The notes under the pieces are model-generated. The model saw only the letters and a list, made by a program, of their open reading frames with translations. It was not told where the DNA came from and searched no databases. Both the position numbers and the translations under genes were made by a program. From Candidatus Peregrinibacteria bacterium (GTDB lineage: Bacteria; Patescibacteriota; Gracilibacteria; UBA1369), in assembly GCA_020429235.1 (NCBI GenBank), contig JAGQLQ010000025.1, positions 310 to 64,309 on the forward strand: DNA of 64,000 nucleotides. The letters are read 5' to 3'. This document shows, piece after piece, positions 1 through 10,000 of this stretch; position 1 is the first letter of the stretch; every line of letters starts with the position of its first letter.

Positions 1-1203
1 AAAAATGCTGAAATGGTTTTAAGTCAGCCGCAAAGGATTGTTCAGGTGAATTTTCCAGTGAAGCTTGATAATGGAGAAATTAAAATTTTTACCGGATTTC
101 GAATCCAACACAATAATGCAGCCGGGCCGTATAAAGGCGGGATCCGATATCACCAGGATGTGAATATTGATGAGGTAAAAGCGCTGGCGTCTTTAATGAC
201 TTTGAAGTGTGCTGTAGTGGATTTGCCGCTTGGTGGAGCAAAAGGTGGGATCACCATGAATCCTCATGACTACTCAAAAGATGAACTTGAGCGGATTACA
301 CGGACTTTTGTTCAGATGATTGAGCCATTTATTGGACCGGATACTGATGTCCCGGCGCCAGATGTGAATACAGATGAAAAGGTGATGGCATGGATTGCGG
401 ATGAGTATTCAAAATTGAGTGAAAAAAATGTTGTTGGAGTGGTTACCGGTAAGCCAATTTTATATGGTGGAAGCCAGGGCCGATTTGATGCGACCAGTAA
501 GGGTGGACTGTTTGTTCTGGAAGAGCTTTTGAAAAAACTTGGTAAGGATCCAAAAGGACTTACTGTAGCAATTCAGGGATATGGAAATGCCGGGAGTAAT
601 ATGGCCAATTTAATGGCCGCAGATGGCTTTAAAGTGGTTGCCGTTTCTGATTCACATGGAGGCTTGCATTGCCCTCATGGATTGGATGCTCTTGCTACTA
701 TGGAGTGTAAAATCAAGGAAGGGAGCGTTGAAAACTGTGGAGGAAGTGAGTATCAGCCAACGGATGGCGATACATGTGAGAAGATTTCGAATGAGGAACT
801 TTTGGAACTGGAATGTGATGTCCTGGTTTTGGCCGCGCTTGAAAATCAGATTACCAAAGAGAATGCTGATAAAGTGAAAGCAAAGATTGTGCTGGAACTT
901 GCGAATGGGCCTGTTTCTGCCGATGGAGATCATATTCTGGAGAAGAATGGGGTTATTGTTGTCCCGGATGTTTTGGCGAATGCTGGTGGCGTAACGGTTA
1001 GTTACTTTGAAATGGTCCAAAATAAGCAGAATTTTTATTGGGAGGCTGAAGAGATTGAGGAGAAACTTAAAAAGAACATGGGGAAGTCATGGAATAATGT
1101 TGCTGAGGCGAAGGAAAAGTATAAAACAACGTACCGAATGGCCGCTTTTATCGTTGCTTTAAGACGACTTCAGGATATTTTAGTCTTGCGGGGCACTGTT
1201 TAG
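1..1203 (+). CDS. gdhA: Glutamate dehydrogenase (Glu/Leu/Phe/Val dehydrogenase family), 5' end cut by the window edge
   Basis: The translation contains the family signature around the catalytic Lys (GPYKGGIRYH ... DLPLGGAKGGI) and an NAD(P) Rossmann motif (VAIQGYGNAGS). The frame is open upstream of the ATG at 13 (KNAE-MVLSQ), and about 30-40 N-terminal residues expected for the family are missing. Confidence 0.9.
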   Translation, partial: KNAEMVLSQPQRIVQVNFPVKLDNGEIKIFTGFRIQHNNAAGPYKGGIRYHQDVNIDEVKALASLMTLKCAVVDLPLGGAKGGITMNPHDYSKDELERITRTFVQMIEPFIGPDTDVPAPDVNTDEKVMAWIADEYSKLSEKNVVGVVTGKPILYGGSQGRFDATSKGGLFVLEELLKKLGKDPKGLTVAIQGYGNAGSNMANLMAADGFKVVAVSDSHGGLHCPHGLDALATMECKIKEGSVENCGGSEYQPTDGDTCEKISNEELLELECDVLVLAALENQITKENADKVKAKIVLELANGPVSADGDHILEKNGVIVVPDVLANAGGVTVSYFEMVQNKQNFYWEAEEIEEKLKKNMGKSWNNVAEAKEKYKTTYRMAAFIVALRRLQDILVLRGTV

Positions 1204-1238
1204 TCTCTATACTGTTAACCGAATAATTCACCGTCATC

Positions 1239-3848
1239 ATGACTCAATACATCTACGCGTTCCGTGAGGGAGGGAAAGATATGAAGGAGCTGTTAGGTGG
1301 TAAGGGAGCAAATCTCTCGGAGATGACGTCTTTGGGGCTACCTGTTCCTCCCGGGTTTGTGATTTCAACAGAGACTTGCGCGTACTTCCTGCATAAAGAT
1401 GACTATCCGGAAGGCTTTTTTAATGATGTGTTAGCGCATTTGGCTGATGTGGAGAAAGAGCTGGGGATGAAGTTTGGAGATGCCAATAATCCTTTGCTTG
1501 TGAGTGTCCGGAGTGGAGCGGCTGTTTCTATGCCGGGGATGATGGATACTATTTTGAATCTTGGTTTGAACGATGAAACGGTTGAAGGGTTGAAAGAAAA
1601 AACCGGTAATGAACGCTTTTGTTACGATGCGTATCGGCGTTTTGTGAATATGTTTGGGAATGTTGTGATGGGTATTTCTCATGAAAATTTTGAACTGGAA
1701 ATGGATAAGTTGAAGGAAGAGAAAGGCGTGAAACTGGATACAGAATTGGATGCTGCTGACTTGAAGGAGTTGGTTAGCCGATTTAAAGCAGTTGTAAAAG
1801 AAAAGGCCGGACGTGATTTTCCGCATGATCCAAGTGAGCAGCTCGAGTTGGCTATTCGAGCAGTTTTTGAGTCCTGGAATAATGAAAGGGCAAAAACGTA
1901 TAGGCGGATTAATGATATTACCGGCTTAAAGGGAACGGCTGTAAATGTACAGGCGATGGTGTTTGGGAATATGGGGGATACGAGTGGAACCGGTGTTGCT
2001 TTTACACGGAACCCGTCGACTGGAGAAAAGGAGTTTTATGGTGAATTTTTGTTGAATGCCCAGGGTGAAGATGTGGTTGCCGGAATCCGGACGCCCCGGA
2101 AACTGGAGGAATTGAAAGAGGTTTTACCCGAGGTTTTTGCTGAATTGGAGGCAGTTCGTGAAAAGCTGGAGAAGCACTATAAAGATATGCAGGATATTGA
2201 GTTTACGATTCAGGAAAGAAAGTTGTTTATGCTTCAAACACGGACTGGAAAACGAACGGCAAAAGCGGCAGTGAACATTGCTGTGGACATGGTTGATGAA
2301 GGTTTGATTCGTCGGGATGAAGCACTTTTAAGAATTGATGCCACCTCTTTGAATCAGCTTTTACATCCGGATTTGGATCCAGATGCGCCTAAAAATGTTA
2401 TTGCAAAAGGGTTGCCTGCCTCTCCTGGAGCGGCGTGTGGGAAGGTCGTATTTACGGCCAACGATGCAGCGGACTGGAAGTTTAATCGTGATGAGAAAGT
2501 GATTTTGGTTCGAAAAGAGACAAGCCCTGAGGATATTCATGGAATGCACGCGGCGGTTGGAATTTTGACGTCAACTGGTGGAATGACCTCTCATGCGGCT
2601 GTTGTGGCCCGTGGAATGGGGAAATGTTGTGTGGCCGGCTGTAGCGATTTAAGTGTGGATGTTGTGAATAAAGTCTTTAGAGTTGGAAATGTTGAGGTCC
2701 GGGAAGGTGATTTTATTACGCTTAATGGTTCAACTGGTGAAGTAATGATTGGTGAAGTGCCGATGGTTGAGCCGGAATTGACTGACAATTTCCAAAAGAT
2801 TCTCGACTGGTCAAATGAGGTGAAGCGGCTCCATGTTCGTGTTAATGCCGATACGCCCGAGGACGCGCTTGTTGGAAAAGAGTTTGGTGCTGAAGGTATT
2901 GGGCTGTGCCGAACAGAACATATGTTCTTTGATGAAGACCGGATTAAGGCTGTGCGAAAAATGATTTTATCAACAAGTCTTGAGGAACGGCGCAATGCGC
3001 TGGAGACGATTCTGCCAATGCAGCAGAAGGATTTTGAAGGCCTTTTTAAGGCCATGGACGGCATGCCAGTGACGATCCGTCTGCTGGATCCACCGTTGCA
3101 CGAATTTTTGCCACAAAAGCCGGAAATGGTACAACAGCTGGCTGATGAAATGGGGATGGAAGTGGCAAAACTGGAACGTGTTATTGATAATTTGCACGAA
3201 GTGAATCCAATGCTTGGACACCGCGGCTCACGTTTGGGACTAACCAATCCTGAGATTTATGAAATGCAGGTGAAGGCCATTATTCAGGCTGCTATTCTGG
3301 TTTCTAAGGAGGGCGTGAAAGTGATTCCGGAAATTGAGCTACCGTTTATTACCAATATTGATGAGTTGAAAGCGGGGCGAGCGGCTGTTGAGGCTGTGAT
3401 TGCGGAGTATGGGGAAAGTGTGACGTTTGAGTATAAGATTGGGACGATGATTGAATTGCCGCGAGCATGTTTGACGGCTGATGAATTGGCAGAATATGCG
3501 GATTTCTTTTCTTTTGGAACGAACGATTTGACGCAGGCGACATGGGGAATTTCCCGTGATGACGCAGGAAAATTTATGAACTTTTATTTGGAAAACGGTA
3601 TTTTGGAACGTGATCCGAGCTCATCGATTGATCAAAAGGGTGTTGGATTTTTGATGGAGCGATGTATTGAACTTGGAAAAGGTGCGAAATCTGATATCGA
3701 AATTGGTATTTGCGGTGAACAGGGTGGAGAGCCGGACAGTGTTGTTTTCTGCGATAAAATCGGCCTTGATTACATTAGTCTGAGTCCGTATCGGGTGCCT
3801 ATTGCACGTGTTGCAGCGGCCCAGGCAGCGCTGAAGAATCGGAAATAA
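1239..3848 (+). CDS. ppdK: Pyruvate, phosphate dikinase
   Basis: 869 aa. The N-terminal ATP-grasp starts LLGGKGANLSEMT. The phospho-histidine swivel motif is GGMTSHAAVVARGMGK. The C-terminal PEP-utilising TIM barrel carries GLCRTEHMF and FFSFGTNDLTQ. Confidence 0.95.
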   Translation: MTQYIYAFREGGKDMKELLGGKGANLSEMTSLGLPVPPGFVISTETCAYFLHKDDYPEGFFNDVLAHLADVEKELGMKFGDANNPLLVSVRSGAAVSMPGMMDTILNLGLNDETVEGLKEKTGNERFCYDAYRRFVNMFGNVVMGISHENFELEMDKLKEEKGVKLDTELDAADLKELVSRFKAVVKEKAGRDFPHDPSEQLELAIRAVFESWNNERAKTYRRINDITGLKGTAVNVQAMVFGNMGDTSGTGVAFTRNPSTGEKEFYGEFLLNAQGEDVVAGIRTPRKLEELKEVLPEVFAELEAVREKLEKHYKDMQDIEFTIQERKLFMLQTRTGKRTAKAAVNIAVDMVDEGLIRRDEALLRIDATSLNQLLHPDLDPDAPKNVIAKGLPASPGAACGKVVFTANDAADWKFNRDEKVILVRKETSPEDIHGMHAAVGILTSTGGMTSHAAVVARGMGKCCVAGCSDLSVDVVNKVFRVGNVEVREGDFITLNGSTGEVMIGEVPMVEPELTDNFQKILDWSNEVKRLHVRVNADTPEDALVGKEFGAEGIGLCRTEHMFFDEDRIKAVRKMILSTSLEERRNALETILPMQQKDFEGLFKAMDGMPVTIRLLDPPLHEFLPQKPEMVQQLADEMGMEVAKLERVIDNLHEVNPMLGHRGSRLGLTNPEIYEMQVKAIIQAAILVSKEGVKVIPEIELPFITNIDELKAGRAAVEAVIAEYGESVTFEYKIGTMIELPRACLTADELAEYADFFSFGTNDLTQATWGISRDDAGKFMNFYLENGILERDPSSSIDQKGVGFLMERCIELGKGAKSDIEIGICGEQGGEPDSVVFCDKIGLDYISLSPYRVPIARVAAAQAALKNRK

Positions 3849-3884
3849 GCTTTTCCAAAGGTAAGCTGGCTTTGGCGAGCGGAT

Positions 3885-4799
3885 TTATTTCCCCCATCCT
3901 ATTTTTTCGCGGAGGGTTTTGTAATGTCGGGCGCCGGAGGCGGCGGACGATTTGCTTGCTGGGAAACGCACGATGTGAAAGGTACGGCTGGAGCGGCGCG
4001 CTTTGATGGTGTCTCCATAGACAAGTTCGATGGGCTCCTGCCCATCGATGGTCAGGCCGAGCGAGTGGTTGTCGTGGGGGTGCGAGGCTACGCTGATTGT
4101 GAGGGTTTGTGTGTCGGGGATGACGATTGGGCGGAGGGTGAGCGAGGCCGCACAGATTGGCGTAAGGATAAGCGCATTCAATGTTGGGTATACAATCGGC
4201 CCACCAGCAGAAAGTGAATAGGCGGTTGAACCTGTTGGTGTTGCAACAATTAATCCATCGGCACGAAAATCAACCATTGGTTCATCTTCTATCTCAACTT
4301 TAAAGGTCATCAGCCTTGTGAAGAGGCCTTGATTTATGACCGTGTCATTGAGCGCTAATCCACTGTTTATTTTCTTTTCATTACGGTAATGATCAATGCG
4401 TAAAAGGGCTCTATTATCGACCATATAATCATTCTTCAGAACTCTTTTGACATTGGCGATAAGATCTTTTGGTTCTGACTCTGCAAGGAATCCAAGATTA
4501 CCGTAATTGACCGGCAAAACGAGTGTGCGAGTTTTGCTTGTCGCGCTCGATGCTTTCAGAATTGTTCCATCTCCACCAAAAACAATAATGAGATCACACA
4601 GATCGAACATTTTTTTGTTCGTGTATGAATCTTTTGTTTTGAGCTTTCTGGCAATATTTTCATCACAAAAAATCTCTACTTTGTTTTGTTTGAGTAGTCG
4701 AGCCAGCTTATCAAGATCTTTTACCTTTTTCATGACCTCGCTCTTGGCAATCAATCCAACTTTTTTGATAGCCTTTTTGGGAGGAGGAGTGAGCGTCAT
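3885..4799 (-). CDS. nadK: NAD(+) kinase
   Basis: 304 aa with the GGDGT motif (VFGGDGTILKA) and TPTGSTAYSLSAGGPIV, both typical of NadK/PpnK. Its start overlaps the stop of the upstream glycosyltransferase by 4 nt (ATGA). Confidence 0.9.
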   Translation of the reverse strand: MTLTPPPKKAIKKVGLIAKSEVMKKVKDLDKLARLLKQNKVEIFCDENIARKLKTKDSYTNKKMFDLCDLIIVFGGDGTILKASSATSKTRTLVLPVNYGNLGFLAESEPKDLIANVKRVLKNDYMVDNRALLRIDHYRNEKKINSGLALNDTVINQGLFTRLMTFKVEIEDEPMVDFRADGLIVATPTGSTAYSLSAGGPIVYPTLNALILTPICAASLTLRPIVIPDTQTLTISVASHPHDNHSLGLTIDGQEPIELVYGDTIKARRSSRTFHIVRFPASKSSAASGARHYKTLREKIGWGK

Positions 4800-5899
4800 G
4801 CAAGACTGTTAAAGGTTTCGAGGGCAATTTGTGCTGTTTTTTGCCATGTAAACTTTTCGGCCTGCCTTAGACCTCTTTCAATCATCATTATACGCACGTT
4901 ATCGTGGTCGATAAGGTCTGCAACAGCTTCCGCCATTTTGTATGAGTTTTTTGGATCGATGAGCAGCCCTGCATCGCCTACAACTTCAGGCAATGATGCA
5001 ACATTTGAGCTAACGACCGGACATCCGCTTGCCATGGCTTCGAGAGGTGGAATTCCGAACCCTTCGTACAGTGATGGAAAAACGAATGCTCGTGCCAGTT
5101 TGTACATTTTATGGAGGCTTTCGCCTTCGATGTATCCAGGGAAAATCACCTCTTCCTTCATGTTATATTTTTCCAAAGATTCTTCGATCTGCTTGAATTT
5201 CCATCCCTGTTTCCCAACAATAACAAGCTTGAAATCGGGATGACGCTTTTTGAATGTTACAAATCCTTTGATAAGCGTTGCGAAGTTTTTGCGTGGTTCC
5301 AGCGTTCCAACTGCGAGAATAAAGTTGTCCGGCAGCTTCTTCTGTTCTTTGAATTTCAGAAGCTCTTCATCACTGACTGCTTCACGGTAAAAATCGGCAG
5401 GAGCGCATGGTGTTTCAATGATTTCTGATGATGGATAGTCGAATTTGTCGAGCAGGTCTTTTTTTGTGTTTTCTGATACGACAAAGACTTTTTCCGCTTT
5501 TTTAAGTGCTTTTTTGAGCGTCAATCGTTCAATGAGGGTCGCTTTCACGCTGTGCGTTCCCGGGAAAAGAAAGGCCACCAGATCATGGACAGTGATAATA
5601 ACCCTGAGCGATCTGGGCGCAAAAGCTGGAATAATAAAGCTTGTTGGGGCAAAAAAGAGATCGACCGGGTTCTTCTTCAGATCCTGAATAACTTTAAAGT
5701 GCCATTTTGGCATCTTTTCCTCTATGCACCGTATTTCAGCATTTTTAGATCCCTTAAAAGGGTTCTTCTTAGTATTGCTGTAGAGAATGTACTCATTCCG
5801 GGTATCCAGTTTGAGCAGCTCTGTAATGATATTGTATGTGTACCATCCCTTGCCGGCTCTAGCACGTCCGGCGTCTCGAATGTCGATGGCAATCTTCAT
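4796..5899 (-). CDS. Glycosyltransferase, GT4 (GT-B fold) family
   Basis: The C-terminal motif EGFGIPPLEAMASGCPVVSS is typical of GT4/RfaG-like enzymes. I prefer the ATG at 5899 (MKIAIDIRDA...), which is the usual family N-terminus. The longest ORF start at 6031 would overlap the divergent gene. Confidence 0.85.
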   Translation of the reverse strand: MKIAIDIRDAGRARAGKGWYTYNIITELLKLDTRNEYILYSNTKKNPFKGSKNAEIRCIEEKMPKWHFKVIQDLKKNPVDLFFAPTSFIIPAFAPRSLRVIITVHDLVAFLFPGTHSVKATLIERLTLKKALKKAEKVFVVSENTKKDLLDKFDYPSSEIIETPCAPADFYREAVSDEELLKFKEQKKLPDNFILAVGTLEPRKNFATLIKGFVTFKKRHPDFKLVIVGKQGWKFKQIEESLEKYNMKEEVIFPGYIEGESLHKMYKLARAFVFPSLYEGFGIPPLEAMASGCPVVSSNVASLPEVVGDAGLLIDPKNSYKMAEAVADLIDHDNVRIMMIERGLRQAEKFTWQKTAQIALETFNSLA

Positions 5900-6020
5900 G
5901 TTGGTTGGTTGAAAGCGCAGCCATTCTACTGAATTATTGACATTTTGTGTAGTCAAATTGTGTTCTTTACAAAAGCCGGTTTGATCTTCTATGATGTGAG
6001 TAAGTCTTAGCCTTTTGCTT

Positions 6021-6695
6021 ATGCCTTCCAAACAACTGTCGCAAATTTTTCAGGAGCTGCCATTTGAGAAGAAACTTCTTGGGATTGGATCTCTTTTGAT
6101 GATTGTGAGCGTATTTTTGCCGTGGTATCAGGATTTGGATTCGTTTAAGACCGGGGATATGTTTTTGGGGATTACCGGACCGCTGTATATTGCCGGGGTT
6201 AGTTTGCTGGTGATGAGCGTGATGAATGTGGCTCTGCTCTTTTTTGAAAAAACCGGTCGAAAGCTTCCTTATGTGAACATTAAGCCTTCGAACTTTTATT
6301 TTGTTTCGGGTATTTTTGCCTTTTTTATGCTTCTTTTGGTGAACTCTGTGTATTTTCATCCAAAGTTTGGAATTAATATTACGTTAAAGCAGTCTCAGTT
6401 TGGAATGTTTTTTGCTTTTATTGCTGCATCTTTTATCACTATTGGTGGATATCTGGCCGGACGAGACAAAGCGACACTTTTGCGAGAGTTCCAGGAGGAA
6501 ATGGAAGAGGATGAGTTTATTCATCTTCCAAAACAGGAAAAATCTACTGCAAACCTCAGAAATTCTGAGCCGGCGCAAAGCCCGGAAGAGGTTCAGCAAC
6601 AAGTACAACAGCAAACTGGATTTGCTGAACAGTCTGCTCAGCAACAGCAGCAGGAGCAACAATCGAAACCACAACCTTATAGAATGGATCTGTAA
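6021..6695 (+). CDS. Hypothetical multi-pass membrane protein with a Gln-rich C-terminal tail
   Basis: Four or so hydrophobic helices are followed by a SAQQQQQEQQSKPQ tail. The ATG at 6021 is preferred over the TTG at 6015. No recognisable family. Confidence 0.55.
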   Translation: MPSKQLSQIFQELPFEKKLLGIGSLLMIVSVFLPWYQDLDSFKTGDMFLGITGPLYIAGVSLLVMSVMNVALLFFEKTGRKLPYVNIKPSNFYFVSGIFAFFMLLLVNSVYFHPKFGINITLKQSQFGMFFAFIAASFITIGGYLAGRDKATLLREFQEEMEEDEFIHLPKQEKSTANLRNSEPAQSPEEVQQQVQQQTGFAEQSAQQQQQEQQSKPQPYRMDL

Positions 6696-6967
6696 TGAAA
6701 AAGAGTTTTCCCAAATCACCGCGCGGACCGCGTGCCCCAAGAATTTCTAATGTGCTGACTGATCCGATTGCATTCTTTTGTAAGGATTGCGAATTGATTG
6801 TGGAAGGGCGACCGATTGGGCGGAAATTTGTGTATAAGTGCGCGCGGTGTGGGACAAAAAATGTGGCTTTTGGAACGGAGAAAGCTTTGCGTGATTTTTA
6901 TCGTGTGAAAGAGGAGTCTGAAGTGAAGAAGGAGAATACCGAACAGAAATCCAGGAAGGAGCCATAG
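6695..6967 (+). CDS. Small zinc-ribbon protein (CxxC...CxxC)
   Basis: 90 aa with CKDC-N18-CARC. The start overlaps the upstream stop (TAATG), which suggests translational coupling. Confidence 0.5.
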   Translation: MKKSFPKSPRGPRAPRISNVLTDPIAFFCKDCELIVEGRPIGRKFVYKCARCGTKNVAFGTEKALRDFYRVKEESEVKKENTEQKSRKEP

Positions 6968-7046
6968 GAGCGGCTTTTTACTCTTGTGATGAAAAAAAGA
7001 GTGTCACAATTGAACCTGCACAGAAATATCGTCGACTGTTACTGTC

Positions 7047-10000
7047 CTAGAGTCCATATATATCGAGGACGTCGTGAGCGTACTGTCGGATGCGCGGATC
7101 TTTGTTGTTGATCATAAATTCAACAACTACTTCTGCCATTTCGTTCCGCTTGAGTGGCCTTGAACCGCGGAATATTTGATCACCGAATCCTCCAATTCCC
7201 CCGTAGCCATAGACATATTCAATCTGTTCTTTCAAAGTTTCGGTGATTGGATTTTGGAATGGGAGATTTGGTCCGTTATAGGATTCTTGCGTATCAAAGG
7301 AAGCCTTGGTGAGGATGGAAAGTGCTTCTTCATAGGTGATAGGATCTTGTGGTGACGCGAGTCCGTTGGCATCACCACCAAACAAGCCCTCATTGTATGC
7401 TGTGTAGAAAACGCGCTCCGTGAAATTTTCCAGTTCGTTAGTACCATTGTTTTTAATTGGAAGATCCGTGAATTCGAATCCGTCTACAGGAGCCGGAACT
7501 TTATCAGGGATTGATATACAATTGGACACAAGAGCGACCTTGATGAGTTCAAGTCGGGTGGTAGCCCTATCTGGCTGGTAATTCCAACTTCCACTTCTAA
7601 ATTTGCTCTGCTGTACGCCGGTTGAGTGGTTACCATTTCCGCTTGCGATGAAATCTCCGTCTTCAATAATCCTAGTGGTTCGAAGTGTTTCGATATAAGG
7701 ATATGCCCAGTCGATTTCTGGTATATCTGTAAATGAAAGTGGCCTATCTGGCACATGTTCCAAGCATGCATTTTGAACACGACAGGTCAGAGGATCATAT
7801 TCGAATATGGACATGTCTGGAATCGGTTTTTCAGCTGGAATATCGCTGATGAATTCTTGGTTTTCCATATCTACTCGCTCGATGTAACCGTGAATTTGTG
7901 GATTTGGGTTGTATGCCATGATTCTCGTGAGAATTTTTGCAAAATCTTTTCGAATGAGTTTGTCGTTTGGTCCGAACTCAAGACCATTAAAGATTCCATT
8001 TAGTCGAGCAAAATCCATGTATGTTTCGTACCATGGGTCGCTTTCCAGGTTATAACCAGCAGGAATTGCATGGCCTGCGCGTAGACCTAAAGCTGTTGTT
8101 TCGGCTACGGTTGCAACTGAATCCGGTCTTGCAAATCCGTCAGCGTAACCGGTTACTACCCCATGTTTGTATGCTGTATAGAATACACGAGCTATGAAGT
8201 TATTGACCTCATCTGATGGCGGAATATCTACTGGGATATCGGCGAATCTGAATCCGTTTGTTGGTACGGGAATTGTGTCTTCAATCGGAATACAGTTTGA
8301 TACGAGCACTGTTTTAACTACTTCGAAACGTGTAGCATTCCTATCTGGTTGGAATTCCCACGTTCCAGACTGGAATTTGCTTTGCTGTTTTCCGGTAGAG
8401 TGATTGCCAGTACCACTAAAGACATAGTCGCCAGTTTCAATAATTCGTGTATTCTTTAATGTTGTTATAAAGCGGCTTGCATCGTCATCTGCCGGGAGGT
8501 CATTGAACTGAATCTCGCGATCAGCATCTAACTCAAGGCAGGCATTTGAGCTAAAATCTGGTAAAAACTCCGTTTCGCATGCAAGCGCATCGTCCCGGAC
8601 ATTACCCTCATCGTCAGAAAATAGGCCTTCAGTCCCTGGGTGATAAGCCCCTGGTCTTCCTCCTCCACCCCGGGTTCCATCATCTTCTTCTATAACAATT
8701 TGTTCATCATCACTAAGGGTAGATCCTTGATCATCTACAACGTTGGCAATATTTGTAATGGAGGTATCTGTATCGACTGCAACAGTCGTTGAGAATTTGA
8801 TTTCTGATGTACCTGGGTTTGGGATCGATGGAACAACAACAGTTATTGTATCTGGAGTTGTGTCATTATAGTCACCTTCATCTGCATCGAGTATGTCTGT
8901 TAGTGGATTTCCATCAAGTATGAGTGATCCTGCAGTATAGGATAACCCTGCTGGGATTGCGTCCGTAATGGTCGTGTTTGTTGATGGAGCATCACCTGTA
9001 TTGTTGACGGTTATTGTAAATTCAACAGTATCTCCCAGTTTCTTAACCCCGAGAGGCAATGCCTCTTTGGTTATATCCAGCACTGGCGCAAGGACACCAA
9101 TGACTGAATTGGCGGTGCATCCATTTCCACCTTGCATTCCAGGCAGACAAGTGGCTGTATTGGTGATTGGTGTTCCAGTCGGTAATGAAAGGTCAACGGC
9201 TACTTGGAATACAACTTGCGCAGTGTCGTTTGCTCCTCCTGATGCGTCCAAGTTAATACCTGTAATGTCCAAGAATCCATTACCGTTTGTCCCTGCTGGT
9301 GCGGACACTGAAGCGTCTGTTGATCCTGGCGGCGTTGAGATTACAGTGAAACTATTTACATGTTCCGGAATGTCATCTGTAACGCGGACACCTGTTGCTG
9401 CAGAGTTTCCCGTATTGATGATATTGATTGTATATTCAATTATGTCGTTAATTTCCAGATCTCCACCATTGAGATCATCAGCAACCTTGGTGGAAGTGCT
9501 GAGATCAGACCTGGTAACCGTTACATCGAGATTGTCTGATCTTGTGTAGTCGTTTTCGGTTCCACCCGGGTCTCCTGTATCACCAGTTCTCTCGTTTGAA
9601 AGATCATTACCTGGAATTACATCACTCATAGTTCCATCTTGGCCCGTGTATTCCATGTCGATGTTATTGGTGAGGATGGTTCCCGATGCAACGCCCAAAT
9701 CTACTTCGACATCAAATGAGAAGGTTACAGGGTTTCCTCCCGTGAAAGTTCCATTGATTTCGTCGATATCGAACATTATGACTGGAAAGTTCGTAGTGTT
9801 TACGGTTGGCACTGGTCCGTTGGTGCTTGTGATATTTCCATTGTATGTAACTCCAGCTGGAAGGGTATCTGTCAGGATAACATCATGCGCCGATGGCTCT
9901 CCTGCACTTTGATGACTAACACTTATGAAATATGTAATGGTATTTCCGTTTACATATGTTGATGTCTTGCTTATTTGCATGTCTGGCTCCACGATGTCTA

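Noticed and set aside
6975-7005. Weak AT-rich hairpin ACTCTT-N11-AAGAGT between the convergent zinc-ribbon gene and the giant surface-protein gene, as a possible terminator.
   Set aside because: The 6-bp AT-rich stem has a large loop and no clean U-tract, so it is too weak to call.
7074-7083. Extra copies of the recA-operator half-site GTGAGCGTAC (7074-7083) and GTGAGCGTA (6105-6113), as possible additional operator sites.
   Set aside because: Both lie inside coding sequence, are not palindromic and are not near promoters. One or two chance 9-10-mer matches in 128 kb of two-strand sequence are plausible.
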